A program made the position numbers and the translations under genes. Below, piece after piece: positions 45,376 to 55,546 of a DNA stretch of 64,000 nucleotides (position 1 is the stretch's first letter; every line of letters begins with the position of its first letter). The notes below the pieces were generated by a model. That model ran no database searches. It worked only from the letters and a program-made list of their open reading frames with translations, and was not told the DNA's origin. The stretch lies in the sequence record NC_028999.1; one strand, 5' to 3'.

Positions 45376-46335
45376 ATGCGTCGCATCACTTTGAAGCTAG
45401 CAGACAATCCCATCGGCGCTAACCCCCTTGTGGGGCTATACAAGGCCATTACTGCCACGTACGCTAATCTGGGCTTGACTCAAGCAAACTCCGCTGTAAT
45501 CAAAATACAGCCAGCCGCAACACTGGAAGAACCCAATTTAACGATTGTCGTTGTTCGTAAGGATAATGATCCTAACAAAGACTACGAATTCTTTTACAAT
45601 CGTTTCAACATTAATACCTACATCAACAACCCTTACTGGACTGAAGCCGAGGTTCCAGTTGTCCAAGCTATCAACAACTCGAAAGAACTGTTGGCTAAGA
45701 TTGCTACTAAGTCAACCCTTAATCTAACTGAGAAAGATGTTTGGGTAAATATAGCCTCGATCGACTATGCAGGGGGTACGATTACACCCAACTGGTTAAT
45801 GACATGCATCTCTAACTCAGTGTACTTCACAGGTAAATTGATCCTGTGGTTGCATGGTGGCGGTGGTCCAGGTCCTGACCCGGAACCAGGTGATGGTGAT
45901 TATTCTCAGATGTTCCCGGCTTTGTTCTTAAAGCCAGTTCAAACGGGTGTAATTGAAACGTTCATAACCTACACCTATCCTGTTCCGACGTATGCTGAAG
46001 CTATTGGTCGTACTCTGGTATATCTACCGCCTCCGGCAAACAACTGGACGCTAGACGATGACACTGATGAAAACGGAGTCATACTGCCAAATACGTCTAA
46101 TGGTAATGCTGCTACTGTAAAGGCAGGTATGGAATATCGTATTGCCAACCGGAACACGGCTACTTTACGTCTGAGAGTTGACTACAATAACGACTTCCTG
46201 AAGGAAGGCCCGTCAATGATCAGATTTGTTCAACTTGGTCCATGGCAGCGTACTCGTGCTGTGTGTTATGAAAATACCGGCATTGCACCTAAGTGGACAC
46301 TGATAGGCGGTCACCGCACCGTGCCGTGGACGTAA
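45376..46335 (+). CDS. Two-domain virion protein (baseplate-family N-domain, Gly/Pro hinge, beta C-domain)
   Basis: FFYNRFNI motif; hinge GGGGPGPDPEPGDG. Confidence 0.6.
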   Translation: MRRITLKLADNPIGANPLVGLYKAITATYANLGLTQANSAVIKIQPAATLEEPNLTIVVVRKDNDPNKDYEFFYNRFNINTYINNPYWTEAEVPVVQAINNSKELLAKIATKSTLNLTEKDVWVNIASIDYAGGTITPNWLMTCISNSVYFTGKLILWLHGGGGPGPDPEPGDGDYSQMFPALFLKPVQTGVIETFITYTYPVPTYAEAIGRTLVYLPPPANNWTLDDDTDENGVILPNTSNGNAATVKAGMEYRIANRNTATLRLRVDYNNDFLKEGPSMIRFVQLGPWQRTRAVCYENTGIAPKWTLIGGHRTVPWT

Positions 46336-46736
46336 TGGAATTCTGTCAGTTCTACCCAGCCGTTAAGAAAATAACCATTAATGAAACCACCATGAAATAT
46401 ACGGCGGTTTCTGGGGATTGTGTAAGCCATCTGTTCTTTACACATGCATCGTTTGATCCAGACAACGTAAGTGGCGAACGGTTTGATGTGGATATCCCTG
46501 CGAGTATTTTAGATCTGTCTCAGGGCGATTACAATTTCACGGTAATAAACAAAACAAATTATCGTTTGTGGGTGAAGTTGTACCAACCACAATGGACACT
46601 TGATTACTACCCCACGACGTTGGTGAGCATTAGGCCAGCCACCTCAGTAGAATTCAAGATGGTTCGTAATCCCCACAATGAAAAATCGTACTGGCTAGTT
46701 TTGGGCGAAGCTAGCAGGGAGTATGACGATGAGTAA
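46335..46736 (+). CDS. Small beta-rich protein paralogous to the C-domain of 45376..46335
   Basis: ATG overlaps the upstream TAA; FTVINKTNYRLWVK / WLVLG align with YRIANRNTATLRLR / WTLIG. Confidence 0.55.
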   Translation: MEFCQFYPAVKKITINETTMKYTAVSGDCVSHLFFTHASFDPDNVSGERFDVDIPASILDLSQGDYNFTVINKTNYRLWVKLYQPQWTLDYYPTTLVSIRPATSVEFKMVRNPHNEKSYWLVLGEASREYDDE

Positions 46737-47202
46737 CGATTATTCACAGTGCACGAACTGGATACAATCTGTTCCAAATGTCTTAATCAATGCATACCCT
46801 GAACGAGGGCGCCATCCGAATCATGCGCCTGAAATTATGGCCTATGCAATGGTCAATCCGAAAGAACTCAAACTGCATGACGCTTTTTTAGTTTTTAGGT
46901 TGCCAGCCAATATTGATTGGGACGGATATAATTGGTTTGGTGCCGTATTGGCGTATGACCCCTCTTTACCCAATGGGTTCCATATGCGAATTGTTTTCGA
47001 TGCTCCCGAAGAAGAGAACCCCGAAGCGGGTGAGATTAACATCTACTACGAGAACGCAACGGAAGACTTCGCAACTCCATTGGGTCTTGACGGTACACGG
47101 ATTGTGAATCGTGACGTATGGGACTTGTACGTGGAACGGGAAGATGGCTCTACGTCGGGTGATTATCGATTAGTTGCTTATGATCCGGGTTATTCGTGGT
47201 AA
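46723..47202 (+). CDS. Small beta-rich protein, possibly the same family
   Basis: Starts DYSQ like the upstream C-domain; LP...G..MRI pattern; translationally coupled. Confidence 0.55.
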   Translation: MTMSNDYSQCTNWIQSVPNVLINAYPERGRHPNHAPEIMAYAMVNPKELKLHDAFLVFRLPANIDWDGYNWFGAVLAYDPSLPNGFHMRIVFDAPEEENPEAGEINIYYENATEDFATPLGLDGTRIVNRDVWDLYVEREDGSTSGDYRLVAYDPGYSW

Positions 47203-47205
47203 CCA

Positions 47206-47240
47206 TAATGGCGGGGAATCAATAAGATTCCCCGCCATTA
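47206..47240. terminator. Terminator-like hairpin
   Basis: TAATGGCGGGGAATC-aataa-GATTCCCCGCCATTA perfect 15-bp stem. Confidence 0.75.
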
Positions 47241-47288
47241 AAGGAACTATTGAACCCAATCAGATGACAACCAATTCGAGAACCCGCC

Positions 47289-47921
47289 ATGGCTGATAAC
47301 ACAACCATTCTTGTCCCGCCGCCTAATACAAAAGGCCTATACACGCTGTACGCTCCGTTTGATCAGCAGATGGTACCAAATGAACTGTACACTTGTGCAG
47401 CCATCCGGCGTTTCGAGGACATTGAAAATAATGGTCGTAATGTCTTCTCTGTTTATTACGAACCGTTTGGTCTGACCGAACAACAGTGTCAGTCAGACCG
47501 TGCAGCAGGGCACTTTATCGTTACTCTGCTCTCCACCAAATATCCACCCCTGTACGTACCGACGAGCTTTATCAAGTCGTATCCTAACTTGAACTCGAAG
47601 CAGTACAATCAGGTTATTCTTACTCTGTCGCTAGGTCCTCTTCCGGATGATGTCATTTTAGACTCCGCTATGGATGCGGCAGCCAATGCCGTTAGTGACT
47701 TCCTCGGTGTTACTCCGGAAGTACACATCGGTATCATGCCGCTATCGGATGCAGTTACTCCTGAGCAGCATGAAACCCGTGAGGCGAATCGTTTGGCAGC
47801 TATTGCCAACAGAACCACAGATTACGCCCGTCTCGCTGAAGAACAAGCCAAGAACGCACAACTCTCTCAACGCCTAGCGATTGCCGAGAAAATGCTGAAG
47901 GATAACGGCTTACTCCCTTGA
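47289..47921 (+). CDS. Virion structural protein
   Basis: 210 aa; synteny upstream of the inner-head paralogue pair. Confidence 0.6.
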   Translation: MADNTTILVPPPNTKGLYTLYAPFDQQMVPNELYTCAAIRRFEDIENNGRNVFSVYYEPFGLTEQQCQSDRAAGHFIVTLLSTKYPPLYVPTSFIKSYPNLNSKQYNQVILTLSLGPLPDDVILDSAMDAAANAVSDFLGVTPEVHIGIMPLSDAVTPEQHETREANRLAAIANRTTDYARLAEEQAKNAQLSQRLAIAEKMLKDNGLLP

Positions 47922-47969
47922 CAACCTTATGTAGTTTCAAACCTCGATATCCCCTTAGTGGAGCTCAAA

Positions 47970-49712
47970 ATGGCCCGTGTTAAACTGTTTCAAATGATCA
48001 ATGCGATCTCAATGGAAGACGTCGAGAAAGCTAACGACGCAAACGTAGAAGTTGAAGGTAAGAAAGACCTCGAACCGCAACTCAAAGGCGATGAAGGTGA
48101 GAAGCCTAACGCAGATGACGTTGATGCCGCTGTTACCAATACCCAAACTACCGAACCGGGTCCGTCCGAAGGCGGTGGCGACGGTACCGCTCAGACTGTT
48201 GACGTGAATCACGTTGAGTCCAGCGATAAAGTAGAAAACCATGTTAAGCCCGTTGACCAAGCCAACAATGGCGAAGGTGACGACGCTCCGGAAAAAGTCA
48301 ATGCTGACGACGATAATGTCGCCACCACTACTTCCGTAGAAGAACATGATAACGACGGTCTGCAAACCATCGAGTCTGGTGAAACCGAATGTGTCGGTGA
48401 AGCGGATGACCTGGTTATGGACATCGAAGAAGTCACCAATGACGTAGATGCTTCCGGTATTACTGAAGCCATCGATTCCAAGTCGGATGCCGTTCAGGGT
48501 ATCGTTGAAGAAATCCGCGAAATGGAAAACGTTGAAGCGGCCGTAGAATCTTACCTGGGCGTTCTGCGTGGCATGCGTAACCGTGGCACCGAGATTTCCC
48601 CGGAACTGCAAGAGACCATGCGCATCGGTCTGGAAGCCATGGATTCGACCTTCTTCAAAGGCTCTGTGGTTTCTGTTGAAGACATCGATGATGGTGAAGG
48701 TCACAAGACTGCTCGTGACGCTACTGAAAGCAAACTGTCGGCTAAAGCTAAGCAGATCTGGGAAGCTCTGAAGCGTGCCTTTATGCGTGCTCTGGCTGCT
48801 CTGCAAGACGTATTCGTTTCCGTCATGAATAACGCCGGCAAACTGAAAGAACGTCTGGGTAAGCTGCGCTCGGAAGTTAACGTTCTTGAAGGTGGTAAAG
48901 AAGTCAAAGTTGCCAACGCCATGGGTCTGTCCATGAATGGCGAGTGGGTAGGTGACTCAGATCAAGGTCTGAAGAACATTCGTCGTACCGCTGACGAAGC
49001 CCTGCTGAACTTCCCCAGCAAACTGGCTGATGGTCTAGTTGCACTGAATCGTCGTTATCGCGACAAAACTCAGGAAGGCATCGAAGCCTACGAAGAAGCC
49101 ATCAACTCGGTTATCAAGATCTACAACCAGTCCTTCACCAGCTTCAAGTCCAGCAATGCTCGTGGTGAAATCACCGATATTGACACCAGTCGCTACAACC
49201 GTATCCTGCTTGGTCCAGTAATGCCGGGTAACCGTGTTCTGGCAGTAGCTTTCAGTTCCACGAAGACTGAAAGCGGCGGTTCTGCTGTCGGTGACACTGA
49301 AGCCAAGAACCTCACCAGCGTGATCAAAGAGAAGCTCGCTACCCTGAACAGTGAAGCCTACTCCGGTACTGTGAAAACCCCGAGTGCTTCTGAAGCACGC
49401 GCTGTTGTTGCTGCTCTGGAAGGTATCGTGGATAGCGTACTGGCTCGTAACGAAGGTCGTACTTCACTCAAGAAGCTGGCTAACATGGTTCAGGGCATCG
49501 CTCAAAACCGTAATGAGAATCCGAGTGCTATGGCCAAAACTCAAGGTGGTCATTGGGTTGACCAGATTGCTATCTCGGTAGCTCGTCGCGCCCTGGAAAC
49601 CAACCACGAGTTGATCGCATACATCATGCGCACCATCAAGACCTACATTGGCTTCCTGGAAGCCAGTATCAAGGCCGAAGCTGGTGGTGAAACCATCAAC
49701 CAAACTGCTTAA
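47970..49712 (+). CDS. Inner head protein with long acidic propeptide (phiKZ gp162-like)
   Basis: GGAG RBS; TATG at 47928; several S/G-x-E sites (ISME, SVEE, GLEA, SVED). Confidence 0.7.
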   Translation: MARVKLFQMINAISMEDVEKANDANVEVEGKKDLEPQLKGDEGEKPNADDVDAAVTNTQTTEPGPSEGGGDGTAQTVDVNHVESSDKVENHVKPVDQANNGEGDDAPEKVNADDDNVATTTSVEEHDNDGLQTIESGETECVGEADDLVMDIEEVTNDVDASGITEAIDSKSDAVQGIVEEIREMENVEAAVESYLGVLRGMRNRGTEISPELQETMRIGLEAMDSTFFKGSVVSVEDIDDGEGHKTARDATESKLSAKAKQIWEALKRAFMRALAALQDVFVSVMNNAGKLKERLGKLRSEVNVLEGGKEVKVANAMGLSMNGEWVGDSDQGLKNIRRTADEALLNFPSKLADGLVALNRRYRDKTQEGIEAYEEAINSVIKIYNQSFTSFKSSNARGEITDIDTSRYNRILLGPVMPGNRVLAVAFSSTKTESGGSAVGDTEAKNLTSVIKEKLATLNSEAYSGTVKTPSASEARAVVAALEGIVDSVLARNEGRTSLKKLANMVQGIAQNRNENPSAMAKTQGGHWVDQIAISVARRALETNHELIAYIMRTIKTYIGFLEASIKAEAGGETINQTA

Positions 49713-49721
49713 GGAACTACC

Positions 49722-50900
49722 ATGACCACCATAGCCGCATGGGACGAAGTTTGCAGTGACTGGGATAAGATCACCAAGATCCAATCCTCGCTCGAACGCT
49801 TTGCGGATGTGCTGGCTGGACGTGACGAAGCTACTGAGGAGATGGCGCAAGTCATCTCCATTGGTCTGGAGTCGATCGACCCTAACTTCGATATCAAAGA
49901 AGGTAGTAAGATCACCCTCCGAGCTATTAAAGAAGGGATCGTGATGGCAGCTAAGGCTGCCCGCGATCTTATTCGTTATCTCTGGGAACTCCTGAACTCA
50001 TTCTACGTCAAATTCACTGGTAGTATCCGTCGAGTTCGTCGTACACAAGAAGGCATTAGTCGTCGACTGGGTAAGCTCGGTTCTAAGACCACTTACCAGA
50101 AGATGTCTGTGTCGGGTATCCAGCGTTTGTCCATTGACGGTAACTTTGTTGGTACCGAACTGAGCAACCTGCAAGATATCCACCAACTAACCAACTACAT
50201 TCTTAATCAGTATCCCAAGAGCGTCGTTAAGATTGCTCGTGACGCTAGTCGCCAGTTCCTGAACATTCTGGATCAAGGTGGTGAGCGTCAGGTCGTGATG
50301 GAAAATGCAGTTGATGCATTTGCTGATATTCTCCAGCGGGACTTCATACCCCCGCAAGGTTTCCGTCCTGTGCAACCACGGGAACTGGGTAGCCTTGAGA
50401 AAGGTGTTAATCGCAGTGAGATCCTGCCAGGTAACGTAGCCTTCCTCTATACTCCGCCAGATGTAATTCGCCAACAGCTGAAGTCTGGTAAGGGTAACCT
50501 GGAGAATATCATCAAGAGTTCGTTCACTATGCAATTCTCTGAATTGCAGCTCAATGTGGCTGACCGTTCTGAACGTGAGATCGAGGTGCCCTCAGTCCGT
50601 ACTTTGAGTGAAATCACCGAAAAGATTTCCAGCATCCTGTCTCTGGCCGAGCGGGCTGAAGCGGGTCGAAAGGACTTCGCCACGGTCAAGGTTGTAGTGG
50701 ACGACGCTATTCGCCAAATTGCTGAGCGTAGTAGTGAAGAGAACAATTCCGGTAATGTGCTATTACATATCACGGGTGAGATCTCTAAGAAACTAGCTGA
50801 GCCCATGGGTTTCTATACCCACTGGTTGGCAGTAACGCTGAACGTGTGGCTGAACTTTGTAAGTCAGTGCATTAAGCATTACGAAGACGAAGGCGTATAA
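49722..50900 (+). CDS. Inner head protein (phiKZ gp163-like paralogue)
   Basis: SLER and GLES sites; similar to the mature region of 47970..49712. Confidence 0.7.
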   Translation: MTTIAAWDEVCSDWDKITKIQSSLERFADVLAGRDEATEEMAQVISIGLESIDPNFDIKEGSKITLRAIKEGIVMAAKAARDLIRYLWELLNSFYVKFTGSIRRVRRTQEGISRRLGKLGSKTTYQKMSVSGIQRLSIDGNFVGTELSNLQDIHQLTNYILNQYPKSVVKIARDASRQFLNILDQGGERQVVMENAVDAFADILQRDFIPPQGFRPVQPRELGSLEKGVNRSEILPGNVAFLYTPPDVIRQQLKSGKGNLENIIKSSFTMQFSELQLNVADRSEREIEVPSVRTLSEITEKISSILSLAERAEAGRKDFATVKVVVDDAIRQIAERSSEENNSGNVLLHITGEISKKLAEPMGFYTHWLAVTLNVWLNFVSQCIKHYEDEGV

Positions 50901-50938
50901 CGGCATAATAGCCCCTCCTTCGGGAGGGGCGTTATGTT
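50901..50938. terminator. Bidirectional hairpin with CATA/TATG arms
   Basis: CGGCATA-ata-GCCCCTCC-TTCG-GGAGGGGC-gt-TATGTT between convergent genes. Confidence 0.85.
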
Positions 50939-50939
50939 A

Positions 50940-51206
50940 TCATTGACTTACTGTCATCTTCGAGTTATCAGTGAGTGTATGGCCACAACTTGCGGCATCT
51001 CCGACTTTACAGATGGGGATTCCTTGTACGCGCAGTTTAGTAGAACCCTGTACCATACGTGCATTGTTGTGTGACCCGTTACCATGTCCTCGAATCTGAT
51101 CACCAAGCTGGGTTGCTACAATACCGCCAATGCGTAATTTAAGTGCACCTGGTCCCAACACCGTACCACCTGCTACAGCGATACCGATTCTTCCGACAGC
51201 TGGCAT
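50940..51206 (-). CDS. PAAR-like spike tip protein
   Basis: ATG 51206; MPAVGRIG, GD.I.GHG..SH, GSTKLRVQGIPI..VGD.ASCGH (His/Cys metal ligands). Confidence 0.85.
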   Translation of the reverse strand: MPAVGRIGIAVAGGTVLGPGALKLRIGGIVATQLGDQIRGHGNGSHNNARMVQGSTKLRVQGIPICKVGDAASCGHTLTDNSKMTVSQ

Positions 51207-51216
51207 ATAAATCCCC

Positions 51217-52002
51217 TTAGATGATGTCGAATCCACCAGTAGTGTATTTGGTCGCCCCGGCAGTGACGTCCCAGTTACCAGTGGTGGAAGTAATGGCACT
51301 GGGAGTCCATTCCGTAGTCGAACCGCCACAGACAATCTTCACTGATTGATCTGCTTTGATTTCGATAGACTGCTTCTCTACTTTCACGTACGACTGATCA
51401 GCGTTGATCATCTGCAAACGACGTTCTTTTGCATCCAGTTCGAACATGTCCCCTACATCATCCATGCAATACCAAGAACCGTACTTGGTGTTAAACTGCA
51501 TGGTAAAGGCAAAGGGTTCACCATTTGCCTTAGAGGTACCCATAGTGACGTGACCGTCCATGGGGGACCACTGCATGAAGTAACAAGTTGTGAAGTCAAT
51601 ACCAGCACCACCTGCTTTAGGAGCAGCGTTATACACATAGACAACCGATTCCAGTTGTCTAAGGTTATTACGTAAGCCTAAACACCGCCAGAAGTACTGA
51701 GTGGTGTTAGCCATCCGCCAAATCTCAACCAGTTCACCCCGAACAACATCTGGTGGTGTGGCACGGTTATCTTCACTGGGGAGCCATTCACAGTTAAATG
51801 TTCGGTTGTTGGTAATCTTTACTTCGAAGGTATTGCCTGAGGAATCTAAAGCTTGAATGGTTTTCTGTTGGGGATTGTTGGTTACTTCCCCGTCTGTGGC
51901 GGTGGCGAGTTCTACGGCTACACAGGCGACGTGTCGAGAAGCTCTTGCTTTATTCTCAGCTACACGTCCCAGGCTAACCAGTTTAAACGAGGACGCTTCC
52001 AT
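51217..52002 (-). CDS. Baseplate central spike (gp5/gpV-like; phiKZ gp164-like)
   Basis: OB-fold N-terminus (WLP...PPDVVRGE.VEI), beta-helix C-terminus; adjacent to PAAR. Confidence 0.75.
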   Translation of the reverse strand: MEASSFKLVSLGRVAENKARASRHVACVAVELATATDGEVTNNPQQKTIQALDSSGNTFEVKITNNRTFNCEWLPSEDNRATPPDVVRGELVEIWRMANTTQYFWRCLGLRNNLRQLESVVYVYNAAPKAGGAGIDFTTCYFMQWSPMDGHVTMGTSKANGEPFAFTMQFNTKYGSWYCMDDVGDMFELDAKERRLQMINADQSYVKVEKQSIEIKADQSVKIVCGGSTTEWTPSAITSTTGNWDVTAGATKYTTGGFDII

Positions 52003-52068
52003 GGAAACTCCGATAAAATACTGATGTGCTTTTCTCTATAGGGTAACGATCGTTTTTAAGGACTTACG

Positions 52069-54561
52069 ATGCGCATTGTTTATTTTCGGTTGAGCAAATA
52101 TACTCGACTGATGGCGACTAACATTCAATCTTTTGAGTGGACGCCAACCAAGAATCTGATGATCATGATTGGATCTAATGGATCAGGTAAGTCCTCGATT
52201 ATGGATGAACTGTCCCCGTTACCCGCAAAAAAGGATGAATTCGAAAAAGGCGGTGAGAAAGAGGTCCATTGCTATCATCGCGATCACTTTTATGTGGTTC
52301 ACTCAGTTTATGGACATGGTACTGGACGACATTCATTTAAGCGTGATTCAGTTGAATTGAACCCTGGGGGTACATTCAAAGTTCAAGAAGAACTCTGTAT
52401 GCAGGAATTTGGTCTGAACGTCGAACGGCATCGTATCATGACTGGTCGTATTAAGTTCACCAACCTGCCAGTGTCTAAGCGTCGTGAATACCTAACCGAG
52501 ATGTCGGTAGTTAACCTCGACTTCGCCTTTGATACATTTAAGATGGTGTCTACTGAACAGCGTAACCAGAAAGGGGTTATTGACACTATCACCAGGCGCT
52601 TGGTGGCTGAGAACCACGACATTCCATCTGATACGGAAATGTCGCTGATGCGTGATAATGTTGCCGCCATGACTAAACGATTGAATCGATTGTTCCAAGA
52701 GAAGCAATCGAATGCACCGAAGGCGCAGTTCTTCTCCACGGATGCTATCGAACAGGAACGTGAGGCTATTATTACTAAGGCCAAGCAACTGCTTAGGTCA
52801 TACATGTACATTCCATCTAGCGTCAAGTGTCATGGTAGAGATGGTGCGATTGCTCAGCTCAATAGTGTCAAACAGGAACATTCAGCCATCACCGCTGTGA
52901 TCAATCGATTGGCAGAAGAACTTGAGAAGCTTCGTACATCTACTCCACAGTCGATGGAAGTCTCGCCTGATGAGATCAGATCTTTGCGGGAACAATACGA
53001 CACCTTGTTGGACATTTATGTCCGTAAGTCTAATCAAGTCGGTCAATACAATGCCTCGTTCCCGTTGGTGCAATTTGATCTAGCTGGAGATCCTCATCAA
53101 AAACTAGATACTCTGTTTGAACGGTGGTTTGCATCGATCAATGCCTTTCCTGACAATGCTGACGCACGGATGTCACGTGAAGAAGCGGTTACTCGTCAGG
53201 CGCGTCTGAAAGAACTCAAAGGCGTTCGTCGTCAAATCGATGACAAACACCAATCGGTTTGCCAGCGCATTGCACGGATGAAAGGTTGTGAGCATGTTAA
53301 GTGCCCGAACTGTAATCATGACTTCCAACCAGGGGTTGCTGAAACCGAAGCAGTTGAGCTAGAGGCTTCTAAACTTAAATTAGAAGAAGCCATGGATCGT
53401 CTGGATATCGAAGTAAAAGAACATGAAGAGTATTTGGAACAGTTCCAAGATTACTCCGGTCATGTTTACAACTTCGTGCAGATTAACAAAGACTATCCCG
53501 AATTCCATGAACTGTGGAGTTATTGTGCTAGTAAGTTGATCATGTTCCGTACCCCAGCTCAACATAAGACTGACGCCATCATGTGGCATACAACGATGCG
53601 GACTTGGGTGGATGCTCAGCAAGCACTAGCTCGTGCTCAGGTTATCGAACAACGTCTGAAAATCATCGATGAGATCGATCAAGATGCGATCGGTTTCATG
53701 AAGCGCCGGACAGCTGATCTAGAAACCGAGATCAACGAGATGTATACGCGCGCTGATGTCTTTCGTCATGGTGTTCTGGAAATCGAAGAAGCGATTGATG
53801 AAGTTGATAACTACGTTGCTGCTGCTCAAGCAGTCTTTGATGAATATGAGATTTGGCAAACCAAAGTTCGTAATCATTGTGAGCATCTTCTGGACCGGGC
53901 ATATACCGAAGAAATCAGCGCTATTCAACTGGAACTGGCTGAACATAATCGACAATTGAATATCCTGCAACAAAGGGAAACTACAATCCGCACATTGGAG
54001 AACGAAGTAGCCTTATCCACGGAAGCTTATGACGAACTCTCATTGATCATCAAAGCGTTGTCTCCGAAAGGAGGGTTGATTGGTAGATATCTACTAGGGT
54101 TCCTACAGGGGGTGGTGTCTGTAGTGAACGCACACATCGACGAAGTCTGGTCATATCCGATGGAAGTTCTGCCATCACGGGTAGATCGCGATGAACTCGA
54201 TTACCGTTTCCCGCTTAAGGTGGGTGGTGGTAAAGTGATCACTTCAGATATCGAAGATGGTTCGAGCTCTCAGCTAGAAATGGTGAACTACGGTTTCCGT
54301 ATGGCTCAACTGAAGTTCTTAGGTCTGGAAGACTATCCGTTGTTCCTGGATGAATTCGGTCGTACCTTTGATGAACAACATCGGGCTAACCTGATTCCAT
54401 ATCTCAGTCGTTTGGTTGAGAACGGTCTAGTGGAACAGATATTCTATATCAGCCATTTCCAATCAACTCATGGCGCTTTCAATCAGGCCGAGTTCATGGT
54501 CTTGGATCCAACCAACGTGACCGTTCCAGAAGTTTACAACAAGAACGTTGTAATCAAATAG
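52069..54561 (+). CDS. sbcC: SbcC/Rad50-like SMC ATPase (phiKZ gp165-like)
   Basis: Walker A GSNGSGKSS, zinc hook CPNC in the coiled coil, signature SSSQ, Walker B LFLDEFG. Confidence 0.88.
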   Translation: MRIVYFRLSKYTRLMATNIQSFEWTPTKNLMIMIGSNGSGKSSIMDELSPLPAKKDEFEKGGEKEVHCYHRDHFYVVHSVYGHGTGRHSFKRDSVELNPGGTFKVQEELCMQEFGLNVERHRIMTGRIKFTNLPVSKRREYLTEMSVVNLDFAFDTFKMVSTEQRNQKGVIDTITRRLVAENHDIPSDTEMSLMRDNVAAMTKRLNRLFQEKQSNAPKAQFFSTDAIEQEREAIITKAKQLLRSYMYIPSSVKCHGRDGAIAQLNSVKQEHSAITAVINRLAEELEKLRTSTPQSMEVSPDEIRSLREQYDTLLDIYVRKSNQVGQYNASFPLVQFDLAGDPHQKLDTLFERWFASINAFPDNADARMSREEAVTRQARLKELKGVRRQIDDKHQSVCQRIARMKGCEHVKCPNCNHDFQPGVAETEAVELEASKLKLEEAMDRLDIEVKEHEEYLEQFQDYSGHVYNFVQINKDYPEFHELWSYCASKLIMFRTPAQHKTDAIMWHTTMRTWVDAQQALARAQVIEQRLKIIDEIDQDAIGFMKRRTADLETEINEMYTRADVFRHGVLEIEEAIDEVDNYVAAAQAVFDEYEIWQTKVRNHCEHLLDRAYTEEISAIQLELAEHNRQLNILQQRETTIRTLENEVALSTEAYDELSLIIKALSPKGGLIGRYLLGFLQGVVSVVNAHIDEVWSYPMEVLPSRVDRDELDYRFPLKVGGGKVITSDIEDGSSSQLEMVNYGFRMAQLKFLGLEDYPLFLDEFGRTFDEQHRANLIPYLSRLVENGLVEQIFYISHFQSTHGAFNQAEFMVLDPTNVTVPEVYNKNVVIK

Positions 54562-54581
54562 ATTTAAACCCGTTACACGCC

Positions 54582-54589
54582 TATATTAC
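54582..54589 (+). promoter_or_regulatory. Early promoter (phiKZ-type TATATTAC)
   Basis: Exact motif, with ATTTAAA upstream, just before a run of small genes. Confidence 0.6.
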
Positions 54590-54613
54590 AAACGTGATTA
54601 ACAAGGAGCTACT

Positions 54614-54826
54614 ATGGACGCTTCACTGATGAAATTAGTGTTGTTTATGGTTTTGTTGATTACGTTTGTATTGGCTGTAGTATTCTGGGTCTACTGGAAG
54701 ATGGTAGCTTTCGAGAAACTCGAAGAACAGAAGAAAATCATTGCGTGTAAACGCTGGAGAGCTGTATCAAGTTCTGGTGTAACCACCGCAGGTATCTTTT
54801 GTTATTGTGGGCATTGCGATGGATAA
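54614..54826 (+). CDS. Small membrane protein
   Basis: AGGAG RBS; N-terminal TM helix. Confidence 0.6.
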   Translation: MDASLMKLVLFMVLLITFVLAVVFWVYWKMVAFEKLEEQKKIIACKRWRAVSSSGVTTAGIFCYCGHCDG

Positions 54827-55112
54827 ATTCGATAGTCTCGCAGGTTTGGTATGTTTCCTCGTATTGCTTTTCTTCGTAGGGAAGATTATCTTGTCGGATA
54901 TTTTCTCAACTCTAGAGAAGCAACAACATGATGAACTGCATAAACAACATGCGGAGCAGTTACGTCTTGATGCCGAACGCTATCAAGAACGATTAAACGA
55001 AATTGGTCGGGGTCGAATAGACATTGGGTATGTTTTCGATTACGAAGATTGGTTACTAGATAAACAAGACCATCAGCGTAATGGAACCCATTATGAAGTC
55101 ATCAACATTTAG
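54819..55112 (+). CDS. Small membrane protein
   Basis: ATG overlaps the upstream gene end; TM LAGLVCFLVLLFFVGKIIL then coiled coil. Confidence 0.55.
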   Translation: MDKFDSLAGLVCFLVLLFFVGKIILSDIFSTLEKQQHDELHKQHAEQLRLDAERYQERLNEIGRGRIDIGYVFDYEDWLLDKQDHQRNGTHYEVINI

Positions 55113-55136
55113 CCTCCTTCGGGAGGCTCTATGTCG
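55111..55136 (+). terminator. Hairpin followed by TATGTCG
   Basis: AGCCTCC-TTCG-GGAGGCT-c-TATGTCG. Confidence 0.7.
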
Positions 55137-55157
55137 TAAAACCTAAAAGGTGTTATC

Positions 55158-55532
55158 ATGAGCATCGCCGCGATGATGAATCGTATCGCGAAACGTATCC
55201 GTTTGATCCAGGTATGTCCAATGAGGGTCTACGTGACCCTTAGAGCGGCCACAGGCGCGTATTTCGACGTAGACATAGACAACGGTAGCTTTTGCTTTAC
55301 TGTGCGTTCTAGCGCGTCTGAAGGGCGCCGCGTGATGGGTACATTTCAGATCGATTCAGAAACCGGTTGGGTGATGCTGACTAGTTTCTATAACGAGATG
55401 TATAGTACCGAGTTCGGTGACCTATTACATTCAATTGACAGGACTCTGGAACTGCACAAAGATTGCTATGGGTTAGTCATCAACAATCTCCAGTTAATGG
55501 AGGAAGACGCTCGCGTCCGTTGGTTTCACTAA
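55158..55532 (+). CDS. Hypothetical protein
   Basis: AAGGTG RBS, 124 aa. Confidence 0.6.
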   Translation: MSIAAMMNRIAKRIRLIQVCPMRVYVTLRAATGAYFDVDIDNGSFCFTVRSSASEGRRVMGTFQIDSETGWVMLTSFYNEMYSTEFGDLLHSIDRTLELHKDCYGLVINNLQLMEEDARVRWFH

Positions 55533-55546
55533 AAGGAAGAAAGAAT

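Noticed and set aside
47970-50900. Long acidic propeptides with S-x-E sites as a novel feature
   Set aside because: An established property of phiKZ inner-head proteins processed by the gp175-type protease.
52069-54561. SbcC without an adjacent SbcD as a novel stand-alone SMC system
   Set aside because: In phiKZ-like phages the nuclease partner is, as I recall, encoded elsewhere; absence within 64 kb is uninformative.
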